From Ginkgo biloba (taxonomy: Eukaryota > Plantae > Ginkgophyta), in NCBI GenBank assembly GCA_024626585.2, contig JANKJI020000002.1:186755225-186775187 (forward strand): DNA of 19,963 nt, written 5' to 3'. A program made the translations under genes and the position numbers. Position 1 is the stretch's first letter. The number at the start of each line of letters is the position of its first letter. The notes under the pieces are model-generated. The model was given only the letters and a program-made list of their open reading frames with translations, ran no database searches and was not told the origin of the DNA. Positions 1 through 9,742 of the stretch are shown here, piece after piece.

Positions 1-1290
1 ATTTCATGTGTTGAATTATGGTGTTTGGTTATTATATCATGTTAAACATCATTATATTGAAGATTAGTTATTATCTATATGATATTCTCTCATGTTATTG
101 GGGTTTAGCTATTTTATTTCTTGTTACCTTTATACCATAGTTTTAGTAGTTTATTACTTAGGTTTGAAGGTCATAAAATATTTGATGTGATTTATCATAA
201 AGGTTACCAAAGTTTACAACCGTTATATACCTAATACTACATTAGTACCTTTTATTAGAGAAACAAAGAAAAATTCTTTCAATGTATAGTTATTAATTTA
301 TCCTTATATATATTTGACTTATCCTTTGCACATTAACTCTTTATTCCCTTATATTGAAATAGGGATCAAGTGACATCTAATAAGATCCAATATCAATCTA
401 TTAAATTACCTTGTATCCAAAAACATTTACATACCTCCTGCATCCACCTTCATTAATAACTTGACCTTTTGTGTGTATCCATGAACCTTGAATGTGTGTA
501 TCCTTGGAAGTATTATCATTACTATTGGAGAAACTTATACATTTACTATTTGTGGTGTTTAAAATCTTACAATTTGATCATAATATTCCTTAATTTTGTC
601 ATTTTCTAATGTTTCCTTAAATTTTATTTCCTTTATAGGGATCCCTATCATGAGGACTCTTCCTATAGTTTCATTTTATTATCACCTTGTAGTTATTCAA
701 TATCATCATGTATAATGCCTGATTCCTTATAGCATTCTTATTCATGTTCATCCTTGAATAAATAATAATCATTATGTTTAGCATCATGTCCCTCTTTTCC
801 TTTATATTATTTAACAATTTCATCTTTAATATCATTATCTTATTTTTCTTCTTTATTTGTTTCCTTTAAAACTATTGGTTCTTCTATCCGCTTGGGTTAT
901 AATTTTTATTTCATCATTTTTTTAACACAAACGATTCATGAGATCCTATGTGATCCTATGTGATTGGATATACTATTTTGTATATGATTTTTTTCTTTCT
1001 TCTTATTACTTGGATATATAAATTTCATCCTTTAATGTTTATGTCCTTTTCCATCTTACTTCCTAATTCACTTATTAGCTTAAATTGGTGATGCAGAAAT
1101 CATAGGATCATTACCTAGAAAATTTGGCTATTTCCTTAATGGAATCGATTTTTTCCTTACACTCTATAAATTATTATGTCCCTTGAAACAATTCTATTAA
1201 TTTTATTCCACATTTATTTCATTGATATTTATCTTTTTATATGGGGGTGTCATAGTTCTTCCTTAAATGATAACACAAATATTGGTTAAG
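1..1290 (-). mobile_element. Heavily decayed Ty3/gypsy gag-protease remnant (chromovirus-like protease C-terminus)
   Basis: Minus strand at ~203-275 reads FFFVSLIKGTNVVLGI*RL*TL, matching the gypsy protease motif GxDVVLGIQWLxTLG, with TAA stops where CAA is expected. An IDIGS active-site-like motif lies at 383-397. The upstream stretch is K/E/N-rich and full of stops. Boundaries are approximate. Confidence 0.5.
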
Positions 1291-1291
1291 C

Positions 1292-3254
1292 TCATATGCT
1301 TTTTGTAACCAATTTACCATGAAACAAGCAGCCTTTCCCATCTAAGCTACTCTGAATCTCAATTGCACCTTGGGGTTTGGGCTCATACTCTTCAGTCTCA
1401 ACATTTTTTGCCACACAATGGCACACAAATACCAAATAGGAGGTGGCAATTACTTTAGAGGACATTGTAGTGTTGGAAGTGTCATCATTTATATTTGAAN
1501 NNNNNNNNNNNNNNNNNNNNNNNNGATTAGTAATTTTCCATCCTATTGTAAGGTAAAAGTATTGTGCCATGAGTCTTGTGTAGCCATTACTGTCCTAATA
1601 AGGTAGTATATGATCATCCTTTAGATGGAATCTTTAAGATGGAAAAATCTTGCAATACAATTATGCCAACCACTGTGATAGGCACGTTCTCAATTGTCCC
1701 TAGAGGTCTCACATGGGACTTGTCTGCAATGGTAAGAGTGTAACTAGAAGGCATCATGTCAAGGCTCCCAATTGCCTTGTAGGTATTTTATGGTAATGCA
1801 CTTATTGTCGAACCATAGTCTACGATTGCTTTATCCATTGTATAACTTAATAGTTGCACAGATACATGTGGTTCTCTATTTATATTAGGTCATAATCATC
1901 TAACTAGTATAGTTTGTAGTTGTTTTGGTTCCTAGAGCTAAAAGAGTGTAGATAAGGGAATGCTTAATGTTATATTATCAGTGGATTGTTTGAGAATCTC
2001 CAATTTTTGCGCTTTTGTTAATGTAGTTAGTATTAATGGTGCAGTTGAACCTACCATGATTTCTTTAGTATTGGCGCTAGTCTTTCAACCTCTTTGGACA
2101 GTATCATGGTTGTTAATGACTCTTTGGGTGGTTTCTTACATACATATGTTTTTGTAATTTTCTGTGTGCTTCATATTTGTTGAAGTTCTTGTCAAGCCTT
2201 CTCGGCTCGTAATATTTTTGCTTCTTTTGTGAGTTTTTGCATTTCTTCATGGTTGACCTTTGCTTTGCATTGTGCAACCTCTAGTGCTTCTTTTACAACG
2301 AGGAAGCAATCTTGTTAATTCTTCAGATTTGGGGAATTCATCTTTGTTGAGTTTTTGTTTTTAGCCTTTTTGTTGGTTCGCGTGCATCTGTCAATGCCAT
2401 AGCTTTGTTTTGTTGTTTTTTGGCTGTCAAATGTGTTGCTAACCAACTTTACATTTTTATTCTCTTTAGGGAAATTCTTTGAATTGAGGCTACTAGGTTG
2501 GTAATCCTTACATAGATAATGCTTATTGTTTTTCATGTATGGGCAATTTTGTGATAGATGGCCCCACTCTAAGAATCTCATACAACGTAAAGCTGGGGTT
2601 TGATCTTTGTAGTTGACACCTTGGTAATTGATATTTTGACTACAATTTCCTCCCTAGCCACCTCCTTGACCTTTGACACGTCCTTGCACATTTTGACGAT
2701 TGCAAAGGTTAGAATAATAGTACTTTGTGTCGTTGGTACCCTTCTCACAATGGCGCACCACTTCTTGGTGGTGGTGGTTTATTCAATCTGGTTGTATGGT
2801 TATGTCCCATCTTGTTATCTTTTGCATAACATGTTTATCTTGGATTTTTTCTTGCTTCCTGAGTTGAGTTGAGTTTAGTTCTACGTGCAACTTTTCAATT
2901 TCTTCATCCTTATCATCAATCTTCTTGGTGGCTTGTCCATCGACCTTAGTCATTTTTATCTCATAATTTTGAGCAAATTGCATTTTTTGTAGGGGATTAT
3001 AATGGGATGCATTATAATATAAATGAAACAATTTTACTCCTCTTAGTAAAGCAAACAGAGTAGGGAACTTATTTATTGAATGTCTAGCATTAGGTTCTTT
3101 CCTTATGCAGAATGCAGATGGATAAATTGACTTTGTGGGCTATGACTCTTCTTTAGTTGTTGCTCCATATTCCTCCCCCACTTCCTTAGTATTCTGTTTC
3201 AACTCTTTAGCATTCTCTAGCATCACTTCTCCAAGCTTTCTCTTCATGTTAACC
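1292..3254 (-). mobile_element. Degenerate Ty3/gypsy (Athila/Tat-like, non-chromovirus) gag-zinc knuckle-aspartic protease fragment
   Basis: Protease at ~1550-1880: AIVDYGSTISALP*NTYKAIGSLDMMPSSYTLTIADKSHVRPLGTIENVPITVVGIIVLQDFSIL...YTTLLGQ*WL, catalytic Asp at 1818-1820. Decayed CCHC knuckle CMRFLEWGHLSQNCP at 2540-2584. A second, frameshifted knuckle-like motif (KKWCAI/CEKGTNDTK) at ~2710-2765. Coiled-coil-like gag sequence at 2850-3250. Many stops and frameshifts. Confidence 0.85.
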
Positions 3255-3584
3255 TGTTGGACGGTGGACTTCTAATGTATCATGTAATGTCACCTAAATA
3301 TTGTATTAATGTATAATGAGTATTTAGGTAGGCGGTTGGCAGTTGGNNNNNNNNNNCGCCACCTATATAAACCTATGTATGTGTCAATCTCAAGATATCG
3401 AAGCGTAGAGAGCAAAGGATCTCACAGTGAATGTAATGCTCAGGGCAGTCCCAAGTTCGGCACTACCCCTCATCTTAATGGACTCTCTAGTTCTCATATC
3501 TCTGCATTCATCTCTCGAATGGTTTCAACTCACACATACCTACTTGTGACATATTTATCCTCTCGTTGAAAACCCATTCCAACA
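3255..3584 (+). mobile_element. LTR (~330 bp, spans a 10-N gap) interrupting the minus-strand gag remnant
   Basis: Starts TGTTGGA and ends TCCAACA (7-bp terminal inverted repeat). TATA-like CCTATATAAAC at ~3362-3372. A PBS-like sequence follows immediately. Confidence 0.7.
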
Positions 3585-3586
3585 TT

Positions 3587-3597
3587 TGGCACCGTTG
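3587..3597 (+). promoter_or_regulatory. Primer-binding site, tRNA-Asp-like (Athila type)
   Basis: TGGCACCGTTG, 2 nt after the LTR-terminal CA; 10/11 match to the Athila PBS TGGCGCCGTTG. Confidence 0.65.
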
Positions 3598-3778
3598 TGA
3601 GTGTTCGAATCCAGAGCACAAGTATGATACATCCTGGCTGGGTGACAGCAGCAACGGGACACAAAAAGCCACTATATGTTCGAAGCCATGTGATTTGGTT
3701 GTGAAAATGGTGCACCACACAGAAAAATGTAATCTCACTTAATAATTACGTTAGTTTAAATCTTGATTGGTTCATTGT

Positions 3779-4540
3779 GATGGTGGCAATGTTGTTCTTG
3801 GAGAACTTATAAATGTTCAAGGTTGGGAAGGCAGTCCCACCTCCTGTTTGGTTCATTGCTTTTGGAAACGAGGGCAAGCTTGCACTCAATTGGAGAATTG
3901 CAAAGGAAATAGAGTCCTTACGTGGCTGTTTTGCAAAATCGGAGGTGAGATATCGTACCGGGAGTGAGCTGCTTGCAGGAGGAAGTGGGCGCCAAGGGTC
4001 ATGGGCACAAACCACAGGAGAAGTGAGAAAAGTGAACGCTGCTGTGACGTGAGTAGGAAGAAACACACGGTGGAACATGAGGCTGTCGTGACAGGAGCCG
4101 TAAACTCGCTGCCGCCATCCTTGAGGAGAAAAATGTTGTTTGCGATTATAGCTGGTGCGTGGTAGAGGAGGGAGGAGATCCCATGAAGAATTCGCTCTAT
4201 TCGACGATTGCAGAGCTGCGTCGGCGCGCACCAGGTTGCCGCGGCGGTTTTTAAAAAAAAAAAAATTCGATTTTAACCAAAGTTATAAAACTTTGGTGTT
4301 TTAATANNNNNNNNNNNNNNNNNNNNNNNNNNNNNNNNNNNNNNNNNNNNNNNNNNNNNNNNNNNNNNNNNNNNNNNNNNNNNNNNNNNNNNNNNNNNNN
4401 NNNNNNTTATGGTGGTAATTTTATTCTTGGAGAAATTATAAACGTTCAAGGTAGGGAAGGCATTCCCATCTCTTATTTGGTTCATCATTTTTGGAAATAA
4501 GGGAAAGCCTACACTCAGTTGGAGAATTATAAAGGAAATA
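3779..4540. repeat. Diverged direct duplication: 3779-3911 and 4408-4540
   Basis: Ungapped 133-nt alignment with 22 mismatches by hand count (~83% identity). The copies lie on opposite sides of a 100-N gap. Confidence 0.9.
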
Positions 4541-5294
4541 ATTTAAAATAGTGTTGGCAAATATCTATCAGAGGAGGGTACAGGAGGAGGGTTGATCCCT
4601 TGTTAGAGAAATATATCAAAACCAATTGGATGGAATCACTATGATCTATTGGAGAGTGTTGGAGTTTGTTACCATTGTCAAAATTTGATTTTTTATCAAA
4701 GAAAGCTCACTATAGTTGTTGGAGAAGGATGGTGGTTGTTGGGGTGTTGTTCCCATTGGGGTAGATAAAATCTTTTAGAGGTATATCATTTATGATAATG
4801 ATTTATTATCTATCGAATGTCTCATTTCCATCTTTCGACAAATGTATATTAGATGAGGAGGAGTGCTCACATAGGAAGTCATGGAGGATGAGCATTCTTC
4901 TCACACCAGTGTCAAAGAGGTGGTCAGATACACCTGTTAGTGACATTGTTACACCCGAGAGTCACTCGTTGGAGAAACATTGTCGAGTGTCATGTGGAGG
5001 GTGGCTGCGAGTCGTTGGAGCATACGCCACTTGGAATTATGGTTTTTGCTGAGAATCATGGCAACATAGGGATTCGAGAGTTTTCAATATCTGCTCATGA
5101 ACCGGTGCTCAAAGATCAATTTTTGTTAGATATCGACATTGGACATTAGTGGATATATACCGACGCCAAAATAATTTTATCAACATCAACATCTTCCTTC
5201 ATCGACATCAAATAAGTCTATGTCTGTTTCTCTTAAATCGGCGCCAATATGATTCATTAACGGAAACATATTTCTTAACTAACATTAAAGTAAC

Positions 5295-5508
5295 ACTATG
5301 TCGGTTTCCATTCAAACGACAACCGACATCAAAGTAAAAGTATGTCGGTTTTTATTAAACCAACAACTGACACTAGAGGGAGACTATGTCAGTTTCCATT
5401 AAATCGACAACCGACATCAAAGTAAAAGTATGTCGTTTTTCATTAAACCAACAACTGACACCAAAGGGAGACTATGTCAGTTTCCATTAAACCGACAATT
5501 GACACCAA
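5295..5508. repeat. Tandem array of 44-bp monomers arranged as an 88-bp dimer; resembles CACTA (En/Spm) subterminal repeats
   Basis: ACTATGTC recurs at 5295, 5383 and 5471 (88-bp period), with a variant monomer at +44. Each monomer has TGTCGGTTT...AAACCGACA-type inverted motifs. The array runs into a 683-N gap. Confidence 0.85.
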
Positions 5509-6191
5509 NNNNNNNNNNNNNNNNNNNNNNNNNNNNNNNNNNNNNNNNNNNNNNNNNNNNNNNNNNNNNNNNNNNNNNNNNNNNNNNNNNNNNNNNNNNN
5601 NNNNNNNNNNNNNNNNNNNNNNNNNNNNNNNNNNNNNNNNNNNNNNNNNNNNNNNNNNNNNNNNNNNNNNNNNNNNNNNNNNNNNNNNNNNNNNNNNNNN
5701 NNNNNNNNNNNNNNNNNNNNNNNNNNNNNNNNNNNNNNNNNNNNNNNNNNNNNNNNNNNNNNNNNNNNNNNNNNNNNNNNNNNNNNNNNNNNNNNNNNNN
5801 NNNNNNNNNNNNNNNNNNNNNNNNNNNNNNNNNNNNNNNNNNNNNNNNNNNNNNNNNNNNNNNNNNNNNNNNNNNNNNNNNNNNNNNNNNNNNNNNNNNN
5901 NNNNNNNNNNNNNNNNNNNNNNNNNNNNNNNNNNNNNNNNNNNNNNNNNNNNNNNNNNNNNNNNNNNNNNNNNNNNNNNNNNNNNNNNNNNNNNNNNNNN
6001 NNNNNNNNNNNNNNNNNNNNNNNNNNNNNNNNNNNNNNNNNNNNNNNNNNNNNNNNNNNNNNNNNNNNNNNNNNNNNNNNNNNNNNNNNNNNNNNNNNNN
6101 NNNNNNNNNNNNNNNNNNNNNNNNNNNNNNNNNNNNNNNNNNNNNNNNNNNNNNNNNNNNNNNNNNNNNNNNNNNNNNNNNNNNNNNNNNN

Positions 6192-7200
6192 GTTTTCTTT
6201 CATGGCTAGCAATTGTCTCTCCAAAGCTTCTACATTGTTGTGTGCCTCCTTGTCAGTTCTTTGTGCCCTATCCCCTAAAGCAGTGAGCTATTCAACAACT
6301 CTTTCAAGATTAGTTTCCTTCTCTTCCATCTTTTGTATTTTGTGCTATGCTACAACTATACTAGTTGCAGCGTTGACCAATTCCTTTTTCATCCTATCAA
6401 TATCCCTTTGAAGGGTGTCTAGCTCCTGCAATTCCTCTTGAAAATTAGAGAAAGAATTAGTTTTCACTCCCCTATTTATCATAATCCTTCTTGGGACTTA
6501 TATTGCCCCTCTTGAATGTGTCAAATTTTGTTCCAAGTCTATAATCTTCTGCTTCTACTCCTTATTCTCCCTTATCAATTCATCATGGCTATTCTGAGGG
6601 TAGGGGCACTTACATCCAATAGTAGTACAACTACAACCTGGGCCTCTTGTCTTTCTTCCTCCACTTGTTGACATACTTCCTAACAAGAGGAATTTGCATG
6701 TTGTGAGACTCAAATAGTTGAAATCACTCCCTATTCTCCTCTTAAACAAGCATCAATAATCATTTGAATTCTCTCTCTTGTTTTTGGCCCATCTTCCATT
6801 TGGTCAAATTTTTATCAATTGCATCTTTCAAGAAGAATTCTTGTCAATTGACTCACCCTCCTTCCATGCAACAAAGAATCTAAAATGGGGGAGTAAATAA
6901 ATACAAATAGTGAAATCAAATAGGCTAGTTGGTCCTAAGGTGCAAGAAATAATTTCATAGGGACTCCTTGGTGCTACTACTAACACTTGCTTGGAGATGT
7001 TAGAGAAGAAAATCTACAATAGCCCCATGAATTCTTTAGGAGTCCCCCATTTGGTCTAAATATTTCCCTCTTATTGGAATTTGGCATCTCTAACCACTAA
7101 ATCTTTGCTTAAAACAATGGCTTCTCCATCAACTCTAGTTGTCTTTCTCTTATAATTTTGAGCAAACTGCATTCTTTTTAGGGTATTACTAATCCTTACC
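6192..7200 (-). mobile_element. Further degenerate gag-like fragments related to the 1292-3254 element
   Basis: At ~7100-7190, LKRMQFAQNYKRKTTRVDGEA aligns with LQKMQFAQNYEIKMTKVDGQA at ~2930-2995. At 6192-6560 a stop-interrupted coiled coil reads FQEELQELDTLQRDIDRMKKELVNAATSIVVA*HKIQKMEEKETNLERVVE*L. Confidence 0.6.
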
Positions 7201-8150
7201 AGTGGCAAGTACTTGCCACAAGTCAAATCTTAAATGCATTTAAATGGCATCTGTAATCATCAAACATCCCTAATAAAACTTCTTTTGGATTTAATAATCT
7301 CTCTGTTCTACAATTCATTTATAAATGTCCACCATTATTGCATATACAAAAGAGAAAAACAAAGGAAGGGCGATGTTGTAGCTAAAACCTAATATATCAA
7401 AAAATTATTAAGATGCAAATTTAAGACAACTTAGTAACTCACTCTATTATCTAACGATAAGGCATTACTTCTAAAATAGCCACTACCTAGATTAAATCGG
7501 ACCTCCATATCATATCAGACTCTCGGGCTTCTCTTGACATATTTTAAAAATCTTCGTATATGAATCTAAAATTGGTCCTACATGTGTTAGAGGTATTGAG
7601 AATCTCCATCATTTTTGTGACTTCTATTGTGACACTTCTTTGTCCGACCATGCTTTTTGTGAATCAAGATAGAGATCATAACAGATGANNNNNNNNNNNN
7701 NNNNNNNNNNNNNNNNNNNNNNNNNNNNNNNNNNNNNNNNNNNNNNNNNNNNNNNNNNNNNNNNNNNNNNNNNNNNNNNNNNNNNNNNCCGCCCTAACAC
7801 TAAGTTGTTGGCGAGAGCAACGACCTTGCTTCTAGGACACAGTGGTACTTCATTGACCATGGTGTTTTAAAGTGACCAAACCGACGCCAACAATGCACTA
7901 TATACAATTTGAATTATGGTTTAAAAAGAGCATCGTTATGATGATCCATACCCCCTATTGAAAATTTCCCACTCTGTGTGGCGATCCTACCTACACGAAT
8001 GGTGAGGGTAGGTGCAACACATCTTGGTCTAGTAAAAAAGGCATGTGGGGCCCACTCCATCATTGGCCTATTAGAAGCAAAGAAATGATTGATTATGTTG
8101 AAAAAATCATTAGTAAAGTGTATGTTACGCAGGTCCCACTTTTCATAAAG

Positions 8151-8679
8151 CTACTTGCATTTGGCATGCAAGTAGAGAAATATATTCTCATGGGGCTACT
8201 TACATGCAGGATGTAGATAGTGGAAATCATCAAATTCTACCTGTAGATCAAATGTGGGAAGGAATAATGGGAAATGCTACCCATAGGTCAAATGTAGGTA
8301 GGAGAACTACTAGCTATAACACAAACGTGGGTAGGGGGAAGGTTACTTGTAGTGTAGGTTTAGGTAAGAATAAACAAAAATGCTACCTACAAGTCATATG
8401 GAGGTAGGAATAATAAGAAATGCTACCTACAGGTCTAGGTAAGCAAGGATAATAGGAACTTTTATGTGCAAGTTAGATGTAGGTAGGGGGAAGGCTACCT
8501 ACAATGTAAATGTAGATAGGAATAAATAGAAATGCTACCTACAAGTCAGATGTAGGTAGGGNNNNNNNNNNNNNNNNNNNNNNNNNNNNNNATGTAGATA
8601 GGAATAGGCAAAAAGACTACTTGCACTTGTAAGTCAAATGTAGATAGGGGAAAGCTACCTACAACGTAGATGTAAGAAG
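8151..8679. repeat. Degenerate tandem array of ~14 palindromic 25-nt units (CTACCTACA-N7-TGTAGGTAG) with mostly 33- and 40-bp periods
   Basis: Unit starts at 8151, 8196, 8237, 8277, 8310, 8343, 8383, 8423, 8462, 8495, 8535, (gap), ~8620 and 8655. Perfect copy at 8535-8559. Linkers are of two types, GGGGAAGG or GAATAAATAGAAATG-like. Confidence 0.9.
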
Positions 8680-8685
8680 GAATAA

Positions 8686-9595
8686 TGTAACGACCCGACC
8701 TTACTTAATTTGCCAAAGAAGGTAATTAGATCTGCAAATCAATGCTTATGAAAGTAAGAAAACTTTAGTTATGCATTCATTAATAGGAAATAACCATAAA
8801 TAAATAATGTAGTGGGAACCCATACATTGCAAATATTTAAAAATGTNNNNNNNNNNNNNNNNNNNNNNNNNNNNNNNNNNNNNNNNNNNNNNNNNNNNNN
8901 NNNNNNNNNNNNNNNNNNNNNNNNNNNNNNNNNNNNNNNNNNNNNNNNNNNNNNNNNNNNNNNNNNNNNNNNNNNNNNNNNNNNNNNNNNNNNNNNNNNN
9001 NNNNNNNNNNNNNNNNNNNNNNNNNNNNNNNNNNNNNNNNNNNNNNNNNNNNNNNNNNNNNNNNNNNNNNNNNNNNNNNNNNNNNNNNNNNNNNNNNNNN
9101 NNNNNNNNNNNNNNNNNNNNNNNNNNNNNNNNNNNNNNNNNNNNNNNNNNNNNNNNNNNNNNNNNNNNNNNNNNNNNNNNNNNNNNNNNNNNNNNNNNNN
9201 NNNNNNNNNNNNNNNNNNNNNNNNNNNNNNNNNNNNNNNNNNNNNNNNNNNNNNNNNNNNNNNNNNNNNNNNNNNNNNNNNNNNNNNNNNNNNNNNNNNN
9301 NNNNNNNNNNNNNNNNNNNNNNNNNNNNNNNNNNNNNNNNNNNNNNNNNNNNNNNNNNNNNNNNNNNNNNNNNNNNNNNNNNNNNNNNNNNNNNNNNNNN
9401 NNNNNNNNNNNNNNNNNNNNNNNNNNNNNNNNNNNNNNNNNNNNNNNNNNNNNNNNNNNNNNNNNNNNNNNNNNNNNNNNNNNNNNNNNNNNNNNNNNNN
9501 NNNNNNNNNNAAATAATCTAGTTTCGATCATAGATCATGATGGAGGTCCGTATATAATGTCAAGGTACCTCTTTGCTTAGTTTCATATCGTTACA
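8686..9595. mobile_element. Putative LTR termini (Tekay/Del-like end), interior mostly gap
   Basis: TGTAACGACCC at 8686 abruptly ends the hairpin array. TCGTTACA ending at 9595 gives an 8-bp terminal inverted repeat. The flanks AATAA and TTAGG do not form a TSD, and 664 nt inside are N. Confidence 0.5.
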
Positions 9596-9742
9596 TTAGG
9601 TGGTGACTACTCAACTACCAAACAACCCACATGTGCAAGTCTTACATTTACATATAATTATGTCATCAATTAGACAAACTCCTATCAAAATCTTGCCTCC
9701 CACTAACAAAGGGCGAGCATCCCGCTCGATTATCAGAAGGAA

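Noticed and set aside
942-963. GATCCTATGT duplicated twice, plus a TGTGTGTATCC direct repeat at ~470-503
   Set aside because: Short slippage-type duplications inside decayed TE sequence with no further structure.
3746-4231. 161-aa minus-strand ORF as a real gene
   Set aside because: It starts at GTG, has no recognisable domain, and its openness is explained by the locally high GC content.
8151-8679. CRISPR array interpretation of the palindromic repeats
   Set aside because: Linkers are short and fall into two recurring types rather than unique spacers. The repeats are degenerate, there are no cas genes, and the context is a plant nuclear genome.
8681-9600. Clean solo LTR with target-site duplication
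   Set aside because: The flanks AATAA and TTAGG differ, the hairpin array does not resume on the right, and a 664-N gap separates the two ends.
9601-9612. TGGTGACTACTC as a tRNA-Arg-type PBS
   Set aside because: Only about 7 of 8 nt match, it lies 5 nt from the putative LTR end, and the match does not extend.
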